A stretch of 64,000 nucleotides of DNA from Kiritimatiellia bacterium (GTDB lineage: Bacteria > Verrucomicrobiota > Kiritimatiellia > UBA8416 > JABMPJ01), in contig JADHWE010000001.1 of NCBI GenBank assembly GCA_016783675.1, forward strand, positions 64,955-128,954, in the 5' to 3' direction. Under the pieces are notes generated by a model that did not search any database, was not told where the DNA came from, and worked only from the letters and a program-made list of their open reading frames with translations. Numbering within the stretch: the first letter of the stretch is position 1; the number at the start of each line of letters is the position of its first letter. The position numbers were made by a program, and so were the translations under genes. Shown here in pieces: positions 38,599-48,795 of the stretch.

Positions 38599-39855
38599 CT
38601 ATGATCTCCGGGAAACGGTTACCGGGGGCAGCTCCATAGCCTGGTCGCCGGGGAGCACGGAGAAGCCGGGGCCATCGGCTTTGCCGTCACGGAACTCCCC
38701 GATGTACTCCTGGCCGTCCTCATATATATAGCGCCCGCGCCCATGGCGCTTCCCGTCTCGGAATTCACCGACGTAACGTGACCCGTTTGCGAAAACATAA
38801 GTACCTTTACCGTGCCGTTTGTCATCGAGGAACTCGCCCTTGTAGACATCTCCGTTCTGGAAGTAGAGGACGCCGTAGCCCTGCTTCATGTCATCCCTGA
38901 AATTCCCCTCATACCGGTCGCCGTTGCGGAAGTAGTAGACGCCCCAGCCGTCAAGCAATCCTCCGCGCAACTGACCTTCGTACCGGTCGCCACCGGGAAA
39001 ACGAACGACGTGGATGTCGTCCATGCCGCCTTGCTCGTCCGTACCGTCCAGCTCGCGCTGAGCGGACTCGGGATCAACAATCTCGCGCAGACGGTCAGGC
39101 CCCTTCGTCACGGCCGGCGGCGACAGGTCAGTGCGCTCACCTTCCGCCTCGACCGGCTCGCCCTGCATAGCCAACTCGATGCCGTCGGCTTCTTCCCGCT
39201 CCCCTGCCGATGCATCTGCCACGCCCACGTTGGCCAGGGCGTCCGTGTACTTGCGGTTCAGCTCGTCCATCTGCTTCTGTTTGATGTCGAGCAGCGACTC
39301 CAGCCGCGCCAGTCGCGACTCAAGGGAGTCGATCGACTTGGCCCGGCGGTCGCCATTGGCCGAAACCCACTTACCAAACCGCTCGAGGTTGGTCTTGAAC
39401 ATCTTGTTCTCGATGACACGCGAGGTCTCCGACTGCTCCACCGTGCCGAGAATCTCGTCACTCTGGTTCTCCAGCCCGGCCACACGGCCCGCCACACCCT
39501 CGACTTGCGTTGCCGCCCGCCGGGCCTCCTGGCGAACGGTCGAGACGACCTCGGTGGCCTCACGGGAGTTTCGCACGACATAGATCCCTACAGATATAAA
39601 GAGTGTAAGCACCACCAGAACGACGAGCAGGAAGATCGTACTCGTCCAGACCACGAGTCGGCGGCTACGCAACCGCTCGGATTCCACGTAGCGACGGACC
39701 ACGTCCATCGCCACCACAGGATCCATGCCGGCGGGAAGCTCACCTCCGTCGCGCGTGACCAGGGCCACGTCGGGAGCATTGTCGTTACGTCGGGATTCCT
39801 TCATCGCAGCAAGATAGCCTGAGTTGGTTGAGCGATCAGTGGGCGTGGACAACAC
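38599..39855 (-). CDS. Bitopic membrane protein with coiled coil and C-terminal MORN repeats
   Basis: It has one TM helix (LVVWTSTIFLLVVLVVLTLFISVGIYVV), a long helical segment and an acidic linker. Five to six MORN units follow (YEGQLRGGLLDGWG, YEGNFRDDMKQGYG, YKGEFLDDKRHGKG, YVGEFRDGKRHGRG, YIGEFRDGKADGPG). The start is either GTG at 39855 or ATG at 39804. Confidence 0.7.
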   Translation of the reverse strand: MLSTPTDRSTNSGYLAAMKESRRNDNAPDVALVTRDGGELPAGMDPVVAMDVVRRYVESERLRSRRLVVWTSTIFLLVVLVVLTLFISVGIYVVRNSREATEVVSTVRQEARRAATQVEGVAGRVAGLENQSDEILGTVEQSETSRVIENKMFKTNLERFGKWVSANGDRRAKSIDSLESRLARLESLLDIKQKQMDELNRKYTDALANVGVADASAGEREEADGIELAMQGEPVEAEGERTDLSPPAVTKGPDRLREIVDPESAQRELDGTDEQGGMDDIHVVRFPGGDRYEGQLRGGLLDGWGVYYFRNGDRYEGNFRDDMKQGYGVLYFQNGDVYKGEFLDDKRHGKGTYVFANGSRYVGEFRDGKRHGRGRYIYEDGQEYIGEFRDGKADGPGFSVLPGDQAMELPPVTVSRRS

Positions 39856-39865
39856 GGCCCAGTGG

Positions 39866-40444
39866 TTACTGTTCGCTGCTTTCCTCTTCCTCTACCCGTC
39901 CGGTCGGGATAAGGATCTTTGAGATCACCACGGACCCTTGTACTCGCTCGTCATCGGCACCGGGACCGATCGTCACTTTCCGAACCCGCATCATACCGGG
40001 CTCCTGCCACACCTGGTGCAGGAAGCCGAGAAGCGCGCCCATCGGCGCCTCGAGCTTTCGGATCTCAATCACGTATTCTGTGAAGCCGGCCGACGCGGTC
40101 GGCGTGCGATGCTCCATCGAGACCAGCTCCACGCCGGCCCCCCGTGCCAGGTCATCGATCTCGCCCTTGATGAGGTCAATCGCCTCGGAGTCGGACACGT
40201 CAGATGTCAGAATCGCTTCAATCCGGGCATATTCCGCCTCAATCGGTCCCTTTGAGCGCAACACACCGTGATTGTAGTCCAACTCCTTGGAATCGGTTTC
40301 CGCCTGCGCTTCGATGTCCTGCACACGGTCCGCCACCATGCCGACAACAAGACGGTCCACCAGGAGCACCAGAACGAACACGAGCGCCAGCCCCAGGCCC
40401 CACCGCTCGCGCGGGCCCAACTTATCCAGCTTCAGAAATGCCAT
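39866..40444 (-). CDS. T2SS/T4P inner-membrane platform protein, GspM/PilO-like
   Basis: 192 aa with an N-terminal TM helix, a coiled coil and a ferredoxin-like C-terminal region. It sits directly after the PilM-PilN fusion, with a 2-nt gap. Confidence 0.55.
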   Translation of the reverse strand: MAFLKLDKLGPRERWGLGLALVFVLVLLVDRLVVGMVADRVQDIEAQAETDSKELDYNHGVLRSKGPIEAEYARIEAILTSDVSDSEAIDLIKGEIDDLARGAGVELVSMEHRTPTASAGFTEYVIEIRKLEAPMGALLGFLHQVWQEPGMMRVRKVTIGPGADDERVQGSVVISKILIPTGRVEEEESSEQ

Positions 40445-40446
40445 AG

Positions 40447-41880
40447 TTACTTGCCTGTACCTGTCTCGAACTTACCCATAATCTGGAAGCGGAACCGACC
40501 GTCCCGGTCACGCGTGGTTCCCCCGCTCTCTTTCACATCCGCAAGCAACGGGGATTTCTCCAGGTTATTCACCAGTTCGCGCACTTCGCGACGCGTGGGG
40601 CCTGCCCCACGCAATGTCACCAATTCCTGTGCCATGTCAACGTCGACGGCATCGAAATGCACATCTTCGGGAACAGCCGCATGCACGGCCCCCAGAAGCG
40701 ATACGGCCGAGAAACGTGCATCTTCCCGCGCGCTCACGGTATTGATCACGGCCTGCATCTCGCCCACACGCTGTACGGACGGCTTCGTACGCTCCACCTC
40801 GGCCCGCACCGCACCGGCCTGCGCCCTGCGCACCACATACTTGGATATCCCATAGAACGACCCGCTGAACAGCGCTGCAACCAGCAGGACGCCGAGCAGC
40901 GTCAACGCCTTTGCCCGCGAGATCATCGAACGAACACGCAGTGTGGCCTCGGGGAAAAGCTTGAGCGCAATGGGATCCGCATCACGCGCCACCCCGGCCA
41001 TCGCCGTGATCGCGACGGTCTGCCCCACGGCATCTTCGAGATCCACGCCGGAAGGATCATCCTGCAGCGATTGCCCGAGACTCACGTACTCCACGGGAAC
41101 CTGGAGCGACCCGCCCAAGGCCTCGACCAACGCGTCCGGGACCTTGGCGTATCCGGTCAGCAGCAGGCGGGCCACCTCCAATTCCGGGCTCTCGGCCCGA
41201 CAGATCTCCAGGGCCTGCTGCGTCTCGGATGCGAGATTCTCACACCAACGCGCCTCATCTTCTTCAAGCTGCTCTGCCCCGACAAGGATGCTGCGCGTGT
41301 ACTGGAGTTCACCGTCCTGCGTCACAACCAGGTCGGCGTGACCGGTGTCAATATCCAGCACCGCCTCGGCCTGATCCGCCATCGCCGCCGACCGTCCCGC
41401 CGCCCACTGCGCCAGGCCGTCCGAGCCGATCGTCATCGTCTCAATATCGATGCCCACGGCATCCACCAGGTTAAAACACTCGCGCAGCGGTCCGCGCTGA
41501 ATAACCACCAGCACCACGCGCGTGTACCCGTCGCGCGGCTTCAGGACCCGGTAGTCCGCCACCACCTCGTCACGCGAATAGGGAACCTGCTTGCCAAACT
41601 GGAGGTCCACCATGCCGGCGATTTCAGCCAGGTCCATCGACGGCAGGTCGAACATGCGCACGGTTACCATGTTGCGGGGCAGACAACCGATGACGTGGTG
41701 TGTGTCGAAGCCATGGACCTCGACCGCGTCCGTCAGGGCCTCCTCGAACGAACCCTCGGCGGGGGCCTCGCAGACATGGAATTTTGTGAGGGTTACGCTC
41801 CCGGACCGCACGGCAAACTCGGCCAGCTTGACACGCTCGGTTCCCAGCTCGATGACGGTACGCTTACCTTTAGAACTCAT
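40447..41880 (-). CDS. PilM-PilN fusion (GspL-analogous actin-like ATPase plus bitopic platform protein)
   Basis: The N-terminal ~330 aa resemble PilM (VIELGTERVKLAEF ... DIDTGHADLVV). A TM helix LTLLGVLLVAALFSGSFYGI and a PilN-like periplasmic domain follow. The ATG at 41880 was verified. Confidence 0.7.
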   Translation of the reverse strand: MSSKGKRTVIELGTERVKLAEFAVRSGSVTLTKFHVCEAPAEGSFEEALTDAVEVHGFDTHHVIGCLPRNMVTVRMFDLPSMDLAEIAGMVDLQFGKQVPYSRDEVVADYRVLKPRDGYTRVVLVVIQRGPLRECFNLVDAVGIDIETMTIGSDGLAQWAAGRSAAMADQAEAVLDIDTGHADLVVTQDGELQYTRSILVGAEQLEEDEARWCENLASETQQALEICRAESPELEVARLLLTGYAKVPDALVEALGGSLQVPVEYVSLGQSLQDDPSGVDLEDAVGQTVAITAMAGVARDADPIALKLFPEATLRVRSMISRAKALTLLGVLLVAALFSGSFYGISKYVVRRAQAGAVRAEVERTKPSVQRVGEMQAVINTVSAREDARFSAVSLLGAVHAAVPEDVHFDAVDVDMAQELVTLRGAGPTRREVRELVNNLEKSPLLADVKESGGTTRDRDGRFRFQIMGKFETGTGK

Positions 41881-42847
41881 GCCAGTACTGCCTCTGTCCG
41901 CTCTTATCCACCACAAACTGTATCCGGGCGGCTTCGCCGCCACTCGCCGTATACCCCACCGCAGTCCCGTAGAACGCCGTGGAGCGCACCGCCAGGAATG
42001 CGATGCTCGACAACTCCGACGTCTTGGTCAGCGGCTCGCTCTCGCGCTGCGCGATGATCTCCCCTATGCGCTCCCTCGACGCCGTATAGGCTTCGGCACA
42101 AGAAAGCAGCAGCTCGGCCGACGCCGTATTGGCGTTGATCTTGCCACTGCTGCCGTAAACCGTCACGTAGGGCTCAATCAGAGCGAAAACGCCGTCATCC
42201 ATTCCTTCCACCAACAGCAGTTCGTGGACGGATTCCAACGGAGCTACGCCACCACTATCGGGCTCAACATAACCGCGCGCCGCCCGAATTGTCAATAGAT
42301 GTTGCTGCTTGGTCTCACGGTAGGCCTGAAGGGCCTTGTGCAGCGCGTCCGCCTGTCCCCCTCCCAGTCCCCCAACCCGAATCATGAGCTGCTCGAAGAT
42401 CAGCTCATCTGCCCGGTTCAAGTTGAGACGGCTCTCCGCCCCGACCAGGCCAACGTTGGTTGCCGACCCGTCGGGGGTCTGGTGCACATTGATGATTGAG
42501 AATGTGCCGCCATCGCCCACGACCTGGGCGATGAACACCCCTGGATCAGCATTCCATGCGCCCTCACTCCAGGCATCCCACTGATTCGTATTGCAGGCTA
42601 CCTGCAGTGCCGCGTGCGTCACCCCGGCGCGCGCCAGATGGTACGCGCGCACGTCCTGCTTCATGAATCCGGCCAGCTTCAGACTTGCCGATACATGCGC
42701 CCCCACGGCCAGCGCCAGCGCCGCCAGGAAGAACAACACCCACAGGGCCAGGATCAACACGCTGCCAGATCTCTGGCGGCCATCCGCCGCTTGCCCGCCG
42801 TAGCCTCGGCGAAGGCGGGACTTCCGACTTCCGATCTCCGGCCTCAT
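41870..42847 (-). CDS. gspK: T2SS minor pseudopilin GspK-like
   Basis: The N-terminus RQRSGSVLILALWVLFFLAALALAVG has the GspK-type pseudopilin helix without the conserved Glu5. Size and position after GspJ fit, and there is an ATGA overlap with the upstream gene. Confidence 0.6.
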   Translation of the reverse strand: MRPEIGSRKSRLRRGYGGQAADGRQRSGSVLILALWVLFFLAALALAVGAHVSASLKLAGFMKQDVRAYHLARAGVTHAALQVACNTNQWDAWSEGAWNADPGVFIAQVVGDGGTFSIINVHQTPDGSATNVGLVGAESRLNLNRADELIFEQLMIRVGGLGGGQADALHKALQAYRETKQQHLLTIRAARGYVEPDSGGVAPLESVHELLLVEGMDDGVFALIEPYVTVYGSSGKINANTASAELLLSCAEAYTASRERIGEIIAQRESEPLTKTSELSSIAFLAVRSTAFYGTAVGYTASGGEAARIQFVVDKSGQRQYWHEF

Positions 42848-43476
42848 TCCTGCCCCCCTCCTGCCAACGGAACGAGGAACCATTGGGTCATCGATGTGCC
42901 TCCCACGGAAAGTTCAGCTTCCACCACGGCGGGGAGGTTCGTGGGATTCTCCCAGTCATCAGACCATCCGCTTGCGCTAGTGCTGTCTCCATCCTCCGGT
43001 GCGGCCGCATAGCGCAGCGCGACACTGTCAACGTCCGAGACGAGCACCTCGACGATCTCTGAAGGCTGATGCTCTCCCCAGCCCAACGGCGACACGGCCC
43101 GGCACCAAGCCTGTCGGTTACGGTCCAGGTAGTACCTGACCCGCGCCAGTCGCGGGACGGCTTCAGAGAGACCCCCGGCATCGGGCACGGCGGCTACCCC
43201 TGTGAACTGCAATCCATCGCCCGCGCCCTCAAGCGGCGCGGCCTCGAAGGGCAGGACCCGGCCGATGTCCCGTCGCATGAGTTGAAATCCCACCAGGGCA
43301 TCCGCCTCGTGGCGATTGAACCGACGCGCCACATCCCACACCCGTATGCCACCGGCCAGGCAGGCCCCCACGGCGCCGACCACAACGCCGAGGATGGCGG
43401 TCACGACAAGAAGTTCGATAAGCGTGAATCCGTAACGACCGGGTCTTGAGCTCAAACTTTCACGTCTACCGCTCAC
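42844..43476 (-). CDS. T2SS minor pseudopilin (GspJ-like)
   Basis: It has the prepilin leader and cleavage/methylation motif GRYG|FTLIELLVVTAILGVV, and is 210 aa. Confidence 0.6.
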   Translation of the reverse strand: MSGRRESLSSRPGRYGFTLIELLVVTAILGVVVGAVGACLAGGIRVWDVARRFNRHEADALVGFQLMRRDIGRVLPFEAAPLEGAGDGLQFTGVAAVPDAGGLSEAVPRLARVRYYLDRNRQAWCRAVSPLGWGEHQPSEIVEVLVSDVDSVALRYAAAPEDGDSTSASGWSDDWENPTNLPAVVEAELSVGGTSMTQWFLVPLAGGGQE

Positions 43477-43910
43477 GGGTCACTTCTCTCTTCTTTCTCG
43501 CTCTCAACCTGCACCCAGCTCACGGCCTCAACTTCCCGGCCGGTTACGTCGTGCTGCACCATGACCACGACTTCATGCTTGAGCCATGAGGCGTTCGTGC
43601 AGGCCGCGTCGGAGTCGGAGCGCGTATCAACGCGCCACCAGTAGTCAGGATACCGCGATTGGAGAATGTGATCGTCAATGACGCCGCTGCCGCTGCGTGC
43701 GTCCATCTCGCCCTGCACCACCAACGCATGGCTGAGCGCGGCTGCCCGCATGGTGTCCCGCGACTCGGCCAGGGCGACCATCGAGGTCTGGAATGCCTGC
43801 AGAATCAGGACGATACCCGTGGAGAGAATGACCACGGTCACAAGGAGTTCAATGAGAGTGAAGGCGGAGGCCGATGCTGTCTCCTTCTTCCTCACATCAA
43901 CCTCCACCAT
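43473..43910 (-). CDS. T2SS minor pseudopilin (GspH/GspI-like)
   Basis: It contains ASA|FTLIELLVTVVILSTGIV. The -1 residue is Ala rather than the usual Gly. It is 145 aa, with an ATGA overlap with the next gene. Confidence 0.55.
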   Translation of the reverse strand: MVEVDVRKKETASASAFTLIELLVTVVILSTGIVLILQAFQTSMVALAESRDTMRAAALSHALVVQGEMDARSGSGVIDDHILQSRYPDYWWRVDTRSDSDAACTNASWLKHEVVVMVQHDVTGREVEAVSWVQVESEKEERSDP

Positions 43911-43930
43911 ATGAGAACGCCCTGAAAGGG

Positions 43931-44040
43931 CACCTACCCCAGCGGAGGCCAGGGGGTGCCTTTCGCAGGCCTATTATGCGAGCGCAGCGAAGCATACTCC
44001 AGCCAAGAAAGGCACCCCCTGGCCAGAGCGCACCCCCTAC
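43931..44040. repeat. Structured intra-operon repeat, family B, copy 1 (between gspG and the minor pseudopilin genes)
   Basis: It has a perfect 15-bp stem, ccagggggtgccttt (43949-43963) with aaaggcaccccctgg (44008-44022), enclosing a 44-nt loop. The whole unit recurs at 49739-49846. The right end contains the gspG stop codon (44037-44039). Confidence 0.85.
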
Positions 44041-44435
44041 TCTCCCCAGTTGGTGACGTCGTCGTCGGCGCCTTGCTCATCGGGACCGAGCGACCAGAGG
44101 TCGAATCCAAACGTGTTGCGGGCACCGGGATAGCGGTACTGGTACTTGCGCTTCCATGGGTCGTACGGCTTGCTCTCGAGATAGGGCTCTTTCCACGTCT
44201 TGGACGTTGACGGCTGCAACAGAATATCCAAGCCCTGTTCGGTCGAAGGGTAGGTGTCATTGTGCAGCCGGTACATCTTCAGGGCCACACTGATGTTGGC
44301 GATGTCGCCGAGCGCAATCTTGCTCTTGGCATCATCGGAAGCCGGCAGCACGCGCGGGAGCACCATGCCCGCCAGGGCCGCAATAATAATCACCACCACC
44401 ATCAACTCGATCAATGTAAATCCGTCTCGTCTCAT
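44037..44435 (-). CDS. gspG: T2SS major pseudopilin GspG
   Basis: It contains MRRDG|FTLIELMVVVIIIAALAGMVLPRV and the GspG-specific C-terminal pattern DPWKRKYQYRYPG ... DLWSLGPDE. Confidence 0.85.
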   Translation of the reverse strand: MRRDGFTLIELMVVVIIIAALAGMVLPRVLPASDDAKSKIALGDIANISVALKMYRLHNDTYPSTEQGLDILLQPSTSKTWKEPYLESKPYDPWKRKYQYRYPGARNTFGFDLWSLGPDEQGADDDVTNWGE

Positions 44436-44509
44436 TCTTTACCTCGCTTAGACTGTCCTCGGGGTACAACCGCACCCCTACCTAACACCTGACACCCGCC
44501 ACCTGTCAC

Positions 44510-45715
44510 CTATAATCTGGTGCCAAGCTCAAAGATCGGCAAGAGCATTGCCGCCACAATAAACCCAACAAGCGCTCCCACGACAAGAATCAAGACTGGC
44601 TCAAGCAACGAGATCGCCAGCCGGCACTGTCGTTCGATCTGGCGCTCGTAGAACGCCGCCACTTCGTCGAGCGCCTCGTCCAGACGGCCGCCCTCCTCTC
44701 CGACGGCGCTCATATTGGCCACGAAAACAGGAATATGATGTGCCTGCTTCATCCCCTCGGAGAAAGGAATGCCTTGGCTGACCGTCTGTTGCCGGACACC
44801 GTCAATCTCCTCGCGCAGCACGTGGTTGGATGCGGTTTGGGCGCCGAGCAGCAATACACGGTCAATCGACAGACCTGACTGCAACAGCAGTGCCAGGGTT
44901 CGACTGAAACGCGCGATGTCGGTCAGGAGGATGAACGTCCCGATCAACGGCAGCTTGAGCTTCAGCCCGTCCACGTACAGACGTCCCCGCTCATGGGTCG
45001 CCATGCGGCGGAAGATAGCGGCAACCAGCAACGCCCCAAACACCAACCAATACCAGTTGGCCTGGCAGAAAGCGCTCGTTCCCACGAGTATCCGTGTGGG
45101 CAAGGGCAGCGACTCGTATTCATCGAAGAGACTGAGCACGCGCGGGAGGAAGAAAGTCAGCAGAATAAATACAGTCAATAGCCCCACCGACAGCGTCAAC
45201 AAAGGATATGCCACGGCAGACTGGACACTACGACGGGTCTCTTCTTCCTTGTCCATGGCCTCTGCAAGCCGTGTCAACACCGTGTCGAGGACGCCACCGG
45301 ACTCCCCTGAACGCACCATGCTGACGTAGAGTTCGGGAAAATGGGCTCCGTGACGCTGCAGGGCCTCGCTCAACATCTGGCCGTCGCGAATGCTGCCCTC
45401 AATGTCTCCAACCAGCCGCTTGAAGCGGGCATGCTCGGTTTGGGCTCGAATGGTGGAAAGCGCCCGCAGAATGGGCACGCCCGAACGCGTCAGGCTGGCA
45501 AGCTGGTAGGTAAAAACGACCACGTCCCGCTGCTTAATCCGACGGGCCCACCGCTTCTGCTTCTCTGCACCGCCGCCCTGTTTCTCTTCTATATATATAG
45601 GAACAAGGCCACGGGAGCTGAGCACGTCGGCGGCCTCCGCACGTGAGAAAGCATCAATCACCCCCTCCTCGGTGCGGTGCGGTCCCTGTTTCGCTTTGTA
45701 GGTGAATAGCGGCAT
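44510..45715 (-). CDS. gspF: T2SS inner-membrane platform protein GspF
   Basis: 401 aa, with two T2SSF repeats and three TM segments. It sits between gspE and gspG. Confidence 0.85.
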   Translation of the reverse strand: MPLFTYKAKQGPHRTEEGVIDAFSRAEAADVLSSRGLVPIYIEEKQGGGAEKQKRWARRIKQRDVVVFTYQLASLTRSGVPILRALSTIRAQTEHARFKRLVGDIEGSIRDGQMLSEALQRHGAHFPELYVSMVRSGESGGVLDTVLTRLAEAMDKEEETRRSVQSAVAYPLLTLSVGLLTVFILLTFFLPRVLSLFDEYESLPLPTRILVGTSAFCQANWYWLVFGALLVAAIFRRMATHERGRLYVDGLKLKLPLIGTFILLTDIARFSRTLALLLQSGLSIDRVLLLGAQTASNHVLREEIDGVRQQTVSQGIPFSEGMKQAHHIPVFVANMSAVGEEGGRLDEALDEVAAFYERQIERQCRLAISLLEPVLILVVGALVGFIVAAMLLPIFELGTRL

Positions 45716-45731
45716 GTTTGAGGCCTGGCCT

Positions 45732-47366
45732 CTATATCGATGTAACTCTCAGCACTTCTTCGAGGGTCGTCACGCCTTGCGCTACCTTGGCCATACCGTC
45801 GTCAGCCAGTGTCGGCATGTTCAGTGCGTCGGCGGCTACCCGGATCTGGGCGGCCGAGGCCCGATCAAGGATCAGCGTCTGGATCTCCGGCAGGAGCGGA
45901 ATGAACTCCGCGATCGCCACGCGCCCGCGATACCCATGGCCGTTGCACTCTTTGCAGCCGGCTCCCCGGTAGAGCGTCTTGCCGTCAGCCTCGTACGATT
46001 CCTTGCAGGAGCGGCAGATCACCCGCACAAGGCGCTGGGCTATGAATGCGTGCACGGTCGATGTAATCAGGTAGGGATCCACCCCCATGTCGCCCAACCG
46101 AACGGCACCCCCCGCCGCGTCGTTCGTATGCAGCGTGCTGAGCACGAGATGCCCGGTCATGGCTGTCTGGATCGCAATCTCGGCGGTTTCGCGATCACGC
46201 ACCTCGCCCACCATCATCACGTCCGGATCATGTCGCAACATGCTCGGCAACGCCCGCGAGAAGGTCAGGCCGATCTTTGGATTCATCTGCGTCTGCGTGA
46301 TACCGTGCAGCTCATACTCAACCGGATCTTCCAGCGTGATGATTTTGCGCGTCCGCACATTGAGGCGGCTCAGACAGGCGTAAAGCGTTGTGCTTTTCCC
46401 GCTGCCGGTCGGCCCCGTCACAAAGATGATCCCGTGTGGACGCGCCACGTAGGACTCGAGCAGTTCACGATGCCGATCGGAGAATCCGAGATCCCCCAGG
46501 TCAAACAGCATGGTAGAAGGGAGAATACGGATCACGACATCCTCGCCGTGCACCGACGGCACTACGGAGACGCGCAAGTCGTACTCGCTGCGCCCGATCT
46601 TGACCCGCGAACGGCCGTCCTGCGGCAGACGCCGCTCGACAATGTCCAGGTGCGACATCAGCTTCACGCGACTGATGATGGCCGGATACAAGTGCCGGAT
46701 GTTTCGCGGCACACTCATATCATAGAGAATGCCATCGATGCGGCGCCGGATGGAAACGCCGTCGCGATGGGCCTCGAAATGGATGTCGGTGGCCCGGTCG
46801 TCAATCGCATCGCGAAGGACTTGGTTGACCAATCGCACCACCGATGCATCTTCGGCCTGGCGCTCGAGGTCATGCGACTCCTCCGGACGCCGCATCGTCT
46901 CACGCTCCGGACTCTCCGCCAGAATACGCTCAACGGTCTCCGCGCCCACACCATAGTAGCGGTGCAGCGCGTCCAGGATATCAGACCGGCAGGCCAGCAC
47001 ACGTTCCACGTGACAGCCCAGGTTGGTTTCGATGTCTTCGACGGCCGACATATCGAGCGGATCGGAAACGGCCACGGTCAGACTGCGGCCGTCATAGCGG
47101 ATCGGCATCACCTTGTAATGGGAGACGAGTTTGGCCGAGACGGCACGGACCGCGCCGGGCTCGACGGACTCATCGGCCAGCCGCACGAAACGCATGCGTT
47201 TCTGTTCAGCCACAACCGGCAACAGGTCCTGCTCGCCGATGAAGTCCCCGCCAACCAGTGCGGCAACGAGTGACTCCCTGTTGGCTCTTGCACGCTCGCG
47301 AGCGCTGGAGAGCTGCTTCGCCGTCAGCAGGCCCTTCTTTACCAGGACATCTTCAAAACCGGCCAT
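45732..47366 (-). CDS. gspE: T2SS/T4P assembly ATPase GspE
   Basis: It has an N-terminal MshEN/T2SSE_N domain, Walker A GPTGSGKST, Asp/His boxes and the tetracysteine motif CRSC...CKEC. A GGGGAG Shine-Dalgarno sits 6 nt before the ATG. Confidence 0.9.
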   Translation of the reverse strand: MAGFEDVLVKKGLLTAKQLSSARERARANRESLVAALVGGDFIGEQDLLPVVAEQKRMRFVRLADESVEPGAVRAVSAKLVSHYKVMPIRYDGRSLTVAVSDPLDMSAVEDIETNLGCHVERVLACRSDILDALHRYYGVGAETVERILAESPERETMRRPEESHDLERQAEDASVVRLVNQVLRDAIDDRATDIHFEAHRDGVSIRRRIDGILYDMSVPRNIRHLYPAIISRVKLMSHLDIVERRLPQDGRSRVKIGRSEYDLRVSVVPSVHGEDVVIRILPSTMLFDLGDLGFSDRHRELLESYVARPHGIIFVTGPTGSGKSTTLYACLSRLNVRTRKIITLEDPVEYELHGITQTQMNPKIGLTFSRALPSMLRHDPDVMMVGEVRDRETAEIAIQTAMTGHLVLSTLHTNDAAGGAVRLGDMGVDPYLITSTVHAFIAQRLVRVICRSCKESYEADGKTLYRGAGCKECNGHGYRGRVAIAEFIPLLPEIQTLILDRASAAQIRVAADALNMPTLADDGMAKVAQGVTTLEEVLRVTSI

Positions 47367-47382
47367 AGGTTACTCCCCGGCC

Positions 47383-48795
<1,413 letters not shown>

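Noticed and set aside
43976-44056. A small plus-strand peptide ORF (MRAQRSILQPRK…) inside repeat family B. It is also present in copy 2 as MRAKRSILQPRG…
   Set aside because: The conservation is explained by the conserved loop of the repeat. The two ORFs diverge completely after 11 codons. They run antisense into neighbouring genes, and no ribosome-binding site is evident.
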